NCBI RefSeq assembly: GCF_009914755.1
Contig: NC_060936.1
Length of the DNA: 64,000 nt
DNA from: the human T2T-CHM13v2.0 reference genome, Homo sapiens
Reading direction: 5' to 3' (one strand)
Shown: piece by piece, positions 13,101 to 27,962 of the stretch
Layout of the letters: every line of letters begins with the position of its first letter
How positions within the stretch are numbered: the stretch's first letter is position 1
Position numbers and translations under genes: made by a program
The notes under the pieces: model-generated
What the model saw: only the letters and a program-made list of their open reading frames with translations
Databases searched by the model: none
What the model was told of the DNA's origin: nothing

Positions 13101-13940
13101 CCTTTGGATTTAGATATCTGGGTTGTCAAAATGGCAAATGTCAACTACATCTTCTCGGTGGCTTTCTTGGCAATAATTAGCCAAGTGTTGAAATACCAGT
13201 TTTAAATAGGCCTCTCCGAATAAGGAGAAAACGGCAGTTATTACTGTCTCCTCTAGAAAGGGAAGGTCACCTATTTAAATAATCAGCTCTCTCAGACTTC
13301 TCCAACTAGAAAGGCCATTTCTATTTCCAGGCATGATCCCTAGATTTTTGGAGAATCCCCTTATTACCTGAGTAAAGTCATTCTCAAATTAGGTGGCAGT
13401 GCACCTGGATGTCAACTCCTGAATAGATAAGAAGTTTCGGGGTAGGCACAATGTCTGCTTAGTTCAAAAACAGTACTAACATAGTACTAAGCAAAGAGCA
13501 GAGACCCAATAAATATTTGCTGAATAATATACTAGATTTGAAATACAACACGCAATTTTGCATTAGATAGTACTGTAAAAGGTACATTAAACGAACGCAA
13601 TGCATAAGATGCATTCAAAATGCAATTTCAATTTTAGCTTCCGATGTCCTTTTAACGTGTATTTACAAGATATTTTTCCCTTTCCATTGGATAAAATCTC
13701 TGGCAAGCTCATTGACTGTCCTGATCACTATTAAATAGTAGTAAATCCCTTTAAGTTACAAAACATAATCTTGTTTTAGAAATTAGAACATCTCCTCCAA
13801 TGTACTAATCTGTACTTCAGCCTTTATTTAAAGGTAAGACATCTCACCTCACCAAGGCCTGTCCTGCAGCAGTCAATCAAAGAATACCTGCCAGTGAGGA
13901 GAGACATTTGGGTGGGATCATGAAAGAGCAGCAAGGGAAA

Positions 13941-13959
13941 TAGCGCCACCTTTTGTTGC
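13941..13959 (-). promoter_or_regulatory. Candidate CTCF motif in apparently unique sequence
   Basis: Minus strand reads GCAACAAAAGGTGGCGCTA, with a perfect AGGTGGCGCTA core and a retained CpG. The 5' half is weaker. Confidence 0.45.
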
Positions 13960-15253
13960 GGCTGTTTTAAGCTATCTCTTTTGTGCGTAGAAAGCTTGGG
14001 TAAAAAAGGAGACTCGTACCTTTTTTAGGTGTGGGCACACCTGAATGTGTGTAAGTACTGTGTTCATTTAACTTCTTCTGCCTTCAGAAATGATTTACAG
14101 CCTTTTAATTATGAAGGCTTTTAAGGGTCAACCACAGACCAATAAAAAGGCTGGCCAACTGGGGACTGGCCTATGGCACCTATCCCTAACAACTCTAAAA
14201 CCTTGGGGACTTTTTTTTTTCCTCCCCCTTCACTTTGGAAATATGCTGCTAGTTAATTTAGGCTTTTTCAAATACAACTCTTATTTAACTCGTGAAATAA
14301 AAATTTTCCCTGCTTCTACAACTAGAAAATGCCCTCAAGTAGAAATGAACACATCTTGCTGGCATACTTCAGTGTTGAATATGGAAAGAATCGACTCAAA
14401 ATGAGCAAAAGGAAAACAAGTTTCTAAGTTGGTTTCCATTAGCTTAATGGTCTCTACTGCAGAAAGGGTTTCAGGTTTCTCATATGATTCCAGGAGGGTT
14501 GGTATATGAACTGCAGAAATACCTACATCTATGAAAATAACAGAGGAACCTTGGTACTGAATTAGGTGCTTATTCCCTATATTTTATGAAAATATATATT
14601 TTACACATAAAATATTTACCACTGATTTATTAGGTGTGATCATTGATAATTCCTGTAAAACAAGAACTTCTCCAGTTCAAAGACTTTCAGCAAGAATCAC
14701 TACCACATAAAGTCCAACAAATAGAAATGGAGAGTATTTTCTCATCTACTTTCAGAATACAAGCTCTTTGCAAAAACCGGTAAGGTGACTTTGGTTCATC
14801 TGTGGTTGAGATGCTTAGTTGGGTGATCCAACTGATTCACTCTCCCTCAGGAAGACTCATGCCAACCCTTACCCTTTACCTTTATTTAAAATAGAAAAAT
14901 GATGCGAATAAGAATATTGTCAATAAGCATGTTGAACATTTACAGGTCATGCAAAGTTAACCTAAGGAAATAAAAAGAAGAATCAAAATAATAATTACAT
15001 ATTTTTAAAAAGTTGGCACCTAACAATTTTAAAAACAGCATTTAGGTACCAATAAGTTTATAAATTCAGCCACACTGCTTGCAAATATAACACATCTGGA
15101 AATTCCTGTGGCTGGCCTGCCAATGCACACACCTTCTGTAATGCCCTGCTCTGATCCTCACTGAGCAGTGCCACCAGCAGCTGGTGGCAAGGCACATCCT
15201 AACTTTGCATAGCTGTCAGGTTTTGAGGGGTGTCTTGGAGGGATGAGGAATAA

Positions 15254-15570
<317 letters not shown>

Positions 15571-15713
15571 TCTAGTGACAATTCTTAGAGGATAATGAAT
15601 GATGTAATCACATCACAATGAAAATGGCTCAGGCAGTAAGATACAAAAATACAGCACCATTACAAACACGAGGCAGTGACACTCTTTCAGAGACATATTT
15701 CTGTGTACTCCTT

Positions 15714-16144
15714 TCAAAACATCAAGCTGTACACTTTAAATATATACCACAAGTTTTAAAATTAAACAATAATAAAAATATTTTTTTAGAAAAGGAAAAG
15801 AATTCTTAGTATAGCATTGTATGTTAATGCCAAATGAGTGATTGAATATATACTATAGGAGTTGAAAACCAAGAGAAATTTGTAGATGCTTAGATGATAA
15901 GGGCAAGATTAGGGAACAAGTGAGGCTTAATGGTGCCTTTGAAGGACAAACAGAAATTAAAGACAGAGAACAAAAGGAAGGACATTTCAGAACATGGGAA
16001 AATACAAGATTAAATATGGATATGGAATATCTGTATTTCAGGGTAGTAGATTCCAAACTTTGAAATCACCAAGGAAGATTTTAAGTCTTGGGTGAGGGCT
16101 GAAAATATGCAGATTAAAAATATACTTCAGGTACTTGCTTATTA
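15714..16144 (+). repeat. Left arm of a ~430-bp inverted duplication
   Basis: Reverse complement of 16932-17359 over its whole length. Hand alignment of 15961-16080 gives about 15 mismatches in 120 bp. Confidence 0.93.
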
Positions 16145-16931
16145 ACTCTGCAGGATAGCAAAGGAAATTTAAGACATTACAAATCTCTGGTTTGCCTAGT
16201 TCATTGACTCCTGGTCCCTCACTGTGTACTTAACTTTCTGCTGTTTCATTAACTATGGGTTCTTCCTAAATCAAGATTTTGGGAAGCACCTGTTATCTCT
16301 TATTCCCATTCTCTGATGAAAGTCTTAGACTAACTGTAGCATCACCAATGACTCCTCCACCAGCAACTCTTGAAATCAGTTCCTTTAAGTCAAACTTTCC
16401 TCTAAGTCTAATGAACTTTTCTGTTTGGGTGATTCACCCTAAATTCAGAACACCCTAAACCCAGATTTAACATTTTATCTAAAAAATGCTCTGTCTCCCC
16501 ATTTCCATCACCAGTTCTATCATGCTCCCAATGAGTCTAAAATTTTGGCATCTTTGACAATGTCCTCTCTACCATCATTCATCTTGATTTTTAAAATGTC
16601 TTTTTTCTATATGCTTCTTTCCAGCCAATGTCACTCCAACACCAGGACAGGCCAATAGCTTGTCCCAAAATTAATAAAGGAGTCTTCTGATGCTCGGCTC
16701 CAGAGTCTATCTCCCTGTAGCTGTTCTGGCATGGAATTGCCTGATTGCATTCCTTGTGACACACTCAAGTCCCTGAGGTCATCACCCTTAAGAGAAAACA
16801 AAAAACAAAAACACTCAACAATATTCTTTTGGATGTGGCATAAAGATTACCTTAGTCCAGAAGCCCCAGATAACTTATCCAAGCCAACTGTGTTTTATTC
16901 TTTTATAAGAATCCATCTTTGGCTTATTCCC

Positions 16932-17359
16932 TAATAAGCACCTGAAGTATATTTTTAAAATGCACATTTTCAGGCCTCATCCAAGACCTAAAAGCTTGCT
17001 AGGTGATTCCAAAACTTGGAATCTACAACCCTGAAATATGCATATTCCATATCTATATTTAATCTTGTATTTTCCCATGTTTTGAAATATTCTTCCTTTT
17101 GTTCTCTCTCTTTAATTTCTGTCTGTCCTTCAAAGACTCCATTAAGCATTGCTTGTTCCCTAATCTTGCCCTAATCATCTAGTCATCTACAAATTTCTCA
17201 TGACTTTCAACTACTGTAGTATGTATTTGATCACTCATTTGGCACTTTCATACATCACCATACTAAATTTTCTTTTCCTTCTTTAAAAAAATGTTTTTTA
17301 TTATTGTTTAACTTTAAAACTTGTGGTATATATTTAAGGTGTACAACATGATGTTTTGA
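16932..17359 (-). repeat. Right arm of a ~430-bp inverted duplication
   Basis: Pairs with 15714-16144. Includes the poly-T and 3' tip of the adjacent L1MA element. Confidence 0.93.
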
Positions 17360-17820
17360 TATATGCAGCATCCCTGACTTACGATGATTCAGCTTATGAT
17401 TTTTTGACTTAGGATGATCTGAAAGCAATACATAGCATGTCCCTTGATTTATAATTGGGCTAGGTCTGGATAAACTCATCATACATTGAAAATGTCATAA
17501 GTAGAAAATGCACTTTTGACTTATAATATTTTCAATGTATGATGAGTTTGTCTGGGCATAGCCCCCATTCTAAGGTGAGGAGCATCTGTGCTTACGCACA
17601 GCGAAATGGTTACTACAGTCAAGCGAATTAACATATCTATCATTTTGCACAGTTACCCCCTCCCTTTTTTGTGGTAGGAGCACCTGAAATCTATTTTCAG
17701 CAACTTTTCAATATACAATTCTATAACTACAGTCCTGATGCTGTATCTTAGATTACTACTCTTATTCATCCTACTTATCTGCAACTTTGTACCCTTCAAT
17801 GTATTGTACATCTTCCCATT
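17285..17820 (-). mobile_element. L1MA (L1MA9-like) 3' end interrupted by MER47
   Basis: gtatatatttaaggtgtacaacatgatgttttgatatatg...[insert]...gaaatggttactacagtcaagc...caactttgtacccttc. Confidence 0.8.
17366..17588. mobile_element. MER47/Tigger5-family DNA transposon
   Basis: Termini cagcatccctgacttacgatg and ...aaggtgaggagcatctg resemble CAGATGCTCCTCGACTTACGATG. Confidence 0.75.
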
Positions 17821-19041
17821 GCCTTCCCCTTCTTTTCATAAAGTTCTTCCTCCTCCTCCTTTTTCTCCCTCTTTTTTCCCCCTTCCTCTTTGTCTTTGAT
17901 AAACAAATATATGATACAATTGAGGATTTCTGTAAAACCACTTGCTTTATTTCTGACATGTATCTTTCCTTGGGTCTTCAGCTACTGCTTTAGTACTGGC
18001 ATTAGGCTCTCTATTTTTTATCTCCCATAGTATACTGCACAGAGTAGGTGCTCAACAAATATTTGCTGAAATATTTAATAATGAGTGAAATAGGCTTGTG
18101 AGATATAATTGACAGTAGAAAAGGAAGCCTCTAACATGAAAGTCACTGACTAAAACAGACAGAAGGATCGTAGAGGAAACAGACAGTTAAGAGAAGGGAA
18201 AAAAAGCTTAAAATATCATTTACATCCTCAGTGAAATAGAAATAGACGTTGCATCTATAAAAGAAGAGAAGATAACATACAGAGATCATAAAAGAACCAA
18301 GAAAACCTTAGACATTGAAAATATACTAGCAAAAATAAAACACTCAATATAATGACTAGAACATAAATTTGAGGAAAATCTCCCAGAAATGACAACAGCA
18401 TGAAGATTAAGAGATGGAAAATAGTAGAAAAAATATAGAAAAGTAGAGCTTCTGTTCAGGAGGACTACCATTAGAGTAATAAGAATTCTATAAAGAAAGA
18501 ATAAGCAGAAGAAAAGTGAAAGAAATCCAGAAAATTCTGGAAAAAAATATGCAATACTGGAGAAGATGGAACTTCTATATGAAAATGCCTACTGAAAATT
18601 CATACAATGGATGAAAAAGACTCATATCAGGTTATATTATTAGGAACTTTCAGAACTGTGAGGACAAATAGAAGATTCTAAAAGCTTCCAGAGGGGAGAA
18701 ATTAAAGATCACATATACACATAAAGGCTCAAGAATAAGCAATCCTAGAAACTAGAAGATAGTGGAGTTCTGAATTCCAGAGGAAAAAAATATTGATTTC
18801 CCATATAGAAGTTTTATGTAGCCCATATAGCATTTGAGTGTGAGGGTAGATAAAAAGACATTCTTCAACACCAACGATCTCAGAATACATACCTTTCATT
18901 CGTCGTTTTCCACTAAGCCTCTGAAGGATGTACTCCACCAAAATAAGGGAGTAAAGCAAGAAACAAAATACAAAGACTCCAGAACAGAAAGTATCTAACA
19001 CAAGTAAAATGCAAAGGGAATCTCAAAGATGAGGGCAAAGG

Positions 19042-19681
19042 CAGCTGAGGCCATTATCCTAAGCGAATTAACACAGAAACAGAAAACCAAATACCACATG
19101 TTCTCACTTATAACTGGGAGCTAAACATTGGGTACTAATGGACATAAAGAAGGCAACAGTAGACACTGGAGACTACTAGGGAGGGAGCAGGGAGGGAGAG
19201 CAAGGGATGAAAAACTACCTGTTGGGATTATGCTCACTACCTGGGTGGACAGGATCAATAGTACCCCAAAAGTCAGCATCACAGAATATTCTTTTGTAAT
19301 AAACCTACACATGTACTCCCAATTTTTTGTTGTTGTTGTTGAGACTGAGTCTCGCTCTGTCGCCCAGGCTGGAGTGCAGTGGCGCGATCTCGGCTCACTG
19401 CAAGCTCCGCCTCCCGGTTCATGCCATTCTCCTGCCTCAGCCTCTCGAGTAGCTGAGACAACAGGCGCCCACCACCACGCCCGGCTAATTTTTTGTATTT
19501 TTAGTAGAGACGGGGTTTCACCGTGTTAGCCAGGATGGTCTTGATCTCCTGACCTTGTGATCCGCCCGCCTCCGCCTCCCAAAGTGCTGGGATTACAGGC
19601 ATGAGCCACCGCGCCCCGTCCATGTACCCCCAATTCTAAAATAAAAGTTGAAAAACAAAAAAAAAAGAATGCTGGAGAAAA
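19042..19681 (+). mobile_element. L1PA16/17-like 3' fragment
   Basis: gaggccattatcctaag...aataaaagttgaaaa plus A tail. 17-bp TSD AAAGATGA(G/T)GGCAAAGG at 19025-19041 and 19682-19698. Confidence 0.88.
19325..19621 (-). mobile_element. AluY nested in the L1PA fragment
   Basis: AluY diagnostics. TSD ATGTAC(T/C)CCCAATT at 19311-19324 and 19622-19635. Confidence 0.95.
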
Positions 19682-20259
19682 AAAGATGATGGCAAAGGGA
19701 GATTTCAGGATCCAAGGATGACTTCTGTACAGCAGGCTTGGTGAGCACCCAAGAAAGATGACAGCCAGGGAACAGAAGGCTCTGGGAACAATCTATCCCA
19801 GATAAAACTAGTGGAATGCTTAAGGAAATGTAACCACAGCATGCTGCATGACTCAGCTATGTACTGAATATATGTAGACACAATATAAGGATCAAACAGA
19901 GGATGAGAGAAAGGTAGCGCCAATGTGTGTATGTTGGGGAGGGGAGAGAAGCATGTTATTTAGAAATATAAAGGTCAATGTCAAAGAGCTAGCTGAAAGA
20001 GTTGAATGTGGTTGCCATTCATGAACTTTCAGCTAGTGTTCTTCCACACAACTGAGACTTCTTAGTTGCAAGAGAGGAAAAAAGTATGTAGGGTTGGGGA
20101 AAAAGTTATTTTTCATAATAAGCATTAAGATTTACCTTTTAAAACTAAAAATAGATTTAACCTTGATTTTAAAATAATAACCCAGTGATGGCAAGGTGTG
20201 AGGAAATGGCCACATGCTGTTATTGAGAATAATATTGATAACATTGACGATGTTTATGG

Positions 20260-20480
20260 TAATAGCCGCAGGAACTAATATTTACATATCTTTCACTACA
20301 TGCCAGGCACTAATCTAAATATTTTTAAATTTACTAACTTATTTAATCTTTACATCAACTTTATGGAATAAGACGATTTCTTAATCTCTACAGATGAAGA
20401 AAATGAGGCAAAAAAGAAAAAAATACATTTTTGGTGAGGTCATACAGCTAGTAAGCAGCAGTGCCATGATTTGAATATGT
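20260..20480 (-). mobile_element. MIR
   Basis: tgccaggcact...atttaatctttacatcaac...tacagatgaagaaaatgaggca...aggtcatacagctagtaag. Confidence 0.75.
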
Positions 20481-20639
20481 ACTGATTCAGCACATTTTTG
20501 GAGCATTTGGGCACTATGTACTATCATTAAAACTAGCAAGCATTTGAGTCAGTAATCACATTTCAACAATTCAGGTTCAAAAATAACATAAGTGTATAAA
20601 GATTATATACATATATCCATATATTCACTTATCTTCCCT

Positions 20640-21375
20640 TGGTCAGAAAACCATATAGGTGATTTTATGCCATGACCTTCTCAGGGTATCACATTTAATA
20701 AGAGGTACATGATGTCTATCTTTCCCGTATTGGTGATGTAAACCTGATCATCCATCAAGCTGTCTGCTGGATATCTCCAATATAGAATTACTTTTTTCCT
20801 TTTCTTGCAATTAACAAGAAGTCTATGGAGAGACACTTTAAGATTATGCAAATATTCCACTCATTATAACAAATTTCCATAGGTTTAACATCCATTTGTA
20901 ACCCTTGTCTGATCCAAGCTTTACTATGATGGTTGCAGAGTAATGATTTTCCAACTCTAGCACTATCGCCATATTTACTATTGACATATGGCAGTCTATT
21001 GTGAGCAAGAATACCTCCTTCTACTCCTCCTCCCTTCTTCTGTTCCTCCTTCCCCTAGTCCTTTCTCTTTCTGTCTCTCATTCTATCATCAGTATGGACT
21101 CATAAATTCTTATTTTTTCAATAGTTTTAATATATCACTATGCCTAATTATTTTGGTGTTCAAATTATTTGGTGTTCCAAATTTGGACACTGAAAGCCCC
21201 TTCAAGCTAGATCCTTTATTCTTGTGACATCTCCCATCAATTTATCGAACATTTATCTACTTTCTGGCATAACAAAATGTTCCAGGTCCATTTTATACCT
21301 ACCTTTCCCCAGCCTGGAATCAGCCACTTCTACAGGGAGCTTTGGGAGGGATTAGAGTTAGAGATCAAAGTCTGA
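20640..21375 (-). mobile_element. L1MC-type 3' fragment
   Basis: gaggtacatgatgtc...ttggtgatgtaaacctgatca...ccagcctggaatcagccacttctacagggag motifs. Confidence 0.6.
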
Positions 21376-23062
21376 GAAAAACAGTGTTGAATTGAATGAT
21401 TATGAAAATTTCTAAGAAAATAATTCCAATAGAGGACTTGGAATGAGAGTCAAATTTTATAGCAATAAATAATGAACAGATGGTGATTCTAAAGTGAGTG
21501 GTAGCAGGTGATTTTTCCCAAGTAACTCATAAAGGCAGCAAGGACAACCAGTTCCAAGGAGAAAAATTTATTGGAAAGGGATTCTCCAAGAAAGCTTTAT
21601 GGAGAAACAATTTAAGCTAAGCCCACAGAATTGGAAGGGCTTAGAACAATGACTCCTGAGCAATGAACATGGTTTTAGGTATCACGTTCTCAGGCCCCTC
21701 ACAGGGTTCATTCTAGTTTTTTCCATTCCCACATCTGAAACTCCAACAATGAAGAGGTATAGTCGCTGTTGTCAAGGTGTAGTGTTTGATACAAATCCAA
21801 GCAATTATTTCACATATTCTTAGCTACAGGTATGACAGTTTGCTTGTTTTGCACATTTATCTTGCCAACTCAAAGGAGGAAGGTCAAAATAAAGTCAATT
21901 TATCTTCCCTGTCTAATCCCACGCACATGAACAACAATAGTCCACTACTCCAACTTTGAAGTAAAAAATAGACTATTTCAGTTAATTGTCCTGACAACTG
22001 ACATTTCCTCTTGAAGGCAAGAAACCTCACATATATTTGAAAATTATTCTTTTTCTTGTCCAAGATGGCTGAATAGAAACAGCTCCAGTCTACAGCTCCC
22101 AGCATGAGCGACACAGAAGAAGGTTGATTTCTGCATTTCCAACTGAGGTACCAGGTTCATGTCACTGGGGATTGTCAGACAGTGGGTGCAGTGCACCGAG
22201 CGTGAGCCGAAGCAGGGAGAGGCATTGCCTCACCCAGGAAGTGCAAGGGGTCAGGGAATTCCCTTTCCTAGCCAAGAGAAGGGGGGACAAATGGCACCTG
22301 GAAAATCGGGTCACTCCCACCCTAATACTGTGCTTTTCTGATGGTCTTAGCAAACGGCACACCAGGAGATTATATCCCACACATGGCTAGGAGGGTCCTC
22401 CACCCACGAAGCCTTGCTCATTGCTAGCACAGCAGTCTGAGATCAAACTGCAATGCAGCAGCGAGGCTGGGGAAGGGGCACCCCCATTGCTGAGGCTTGA
22501 GTAGGTAAACAAAGTGGCCGGGAAACTCGAACTGGGTGGAGCCCACCGCAGCTCAAGGAGGCCTCCCTGCCTCTGTAGACTCCACCTCTGGGGGCAGGGC
22601 ATAGCCAAACAGAAGGCAGCAGAAACCTCTGCAGACTTAACTGTCCCTGTCTGACAGCTTGGAAGAGAGTAGTGGTTCTCCCAGCATGGAGCTTGAGATC
22701 TGAGAACGGACAGACTGCCTCCTCAAGTGGGTCCCTGACCCCCGAGTAGCCTAACTGGGAGGCAGCCCCCAGTAGGGGCAGACTGACACCTCTCACAGCT
22801 GGGTACCCCTCTGAGATGAAACTTCCAGAGGAACGATCAGGCAGCAACATTTGCTGTTCACCAATATTCACTGTTCTGCAGCCTCCACTGCTGATACCCA
22901 GGCAAAGAGGGGCTGGGGTGGACCTCCAGCAAACTCCAACAGACCTGCAGCTGGGGGTCCTGACTGTTAGAAGGAAAACTAACAAACAGAAAGGACATCC
23001 ACACCAAAATCTCATCTGTACGTCACCATCATCAAAGACCAAAGGTAGATAAAACCACAAAG

Positions 23063-24079
23063 ATGGGGAAAAAACAGAGCAGAAAAACTGAAAATTCTAA
23101 AAATCAGAGTGCCTCTCCTCCTCCAAAGGAATGCAGCTCCTCACCAGCAAAGGAACAAAGCTGGACGGAGCATGACGTTGACAAGTTGAGAAAAGAAGGC
23201 TACAGACGATCAAACTTCTCTGAGCTAAAGGAGGAAGTTCGAACCCAACGCAAAGAAGTTAAAAACCTTGAAAAAAGATTAGATGAATGGCTAACTAGAA
23301 TAATCAATGCAGAGTAGTCCTTAAAGGACTTGATGGAGCTGAAAACCATGGCACGAGAACTACATGACGAATGCACAACCTTCAGTAGCCAATTCGATCA
23401 ACTGGAAGAAAGGGTATCAGTGATGGAAGATCAAATGAATGAAATGAAGTGAGAAGACAAGTTCAGAGAAAAAAGAATAAAAAGAAACTAACAAAGCCTC
23501 CAAGAAATATGGGACTATGTGAAAAGACCAAATCTACATCTGATTGGTGTACCTGAAAGTGATAGGGAGCATGGAACCAAGTTAGAAAACACTCTGCAGG
23601 ATATTATCCAGGAGAACGTCCCCAACGTAGCAAGGCAGGCTGATATCCAAATTCAGGAAATACAGAGAATGCCACACAGATACTCCTTGAGAAGAGCAAC
23701 TCCAAGACACATAATTGTCAGATTCACCAAAGTAGAAATGAAGGAAAAACTGTTAAGGGCAGCCAGAGAGAAAGGTCGGGTTACCCACAAAGGGAAGCCC
23801 ATCAGACTAACAGATGATCTCTCGGCAGAAACTCTACAAGCAAGAAGAGACTGGGGATCAATATTCAACATTCTTAAAGGAAAGAATTTTCAACCCAGAA
23901 TTTCATATCCAGCCAAACTAAGCTTCATAAGTGAAGGAGAAATAAAATACTTTACAGACAAGCAAATGCTGAGAGATTCTGTCACCACCAGGACTGCCCT
24001 ACAAGAGCTCCTGAAGGAAGCACTAAACATGGAAAGGAACAACTGGTACCAGCCACTGCAAAAACATGCCAAATTATAA
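23063..24079 (+). pseudogene. L1 ORF1p (RNA-binding chaperone), disrupted
   Basis: MGKKQSRK...YQPLQKHAKL, with in-frame stops at 23315 (TAG), ~23450 and ~23489. Confidence 0.95.
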
Positions 24080-24142
24080 AGACCATCGATGCTAGGAAGA
24101 AACTGTATCAACTAATGAGCAAAATAACCAGCTAACATCTTA

Positions 24143-27962
<3,820 letters not shown>

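Larger units (their letters stand above)
18200..20160 (+). mobile_element. HAL1 / old L1 ORF1-like remnant hosting nested L1PA and AluY
   Basis: A-rich degenerate ORF1-like sequence with ggatgtactccaccaaaataagggagtaaa. It resumes after 19698. Confidence 0.6.

Noticed and set aside
22162-22608. L1 antisense ORF0
   Set aside because: ORF0-like peptide is visible (CSLISDCCASN...GPS), but its ATG is out of frame and there is a premature stop at 22387.
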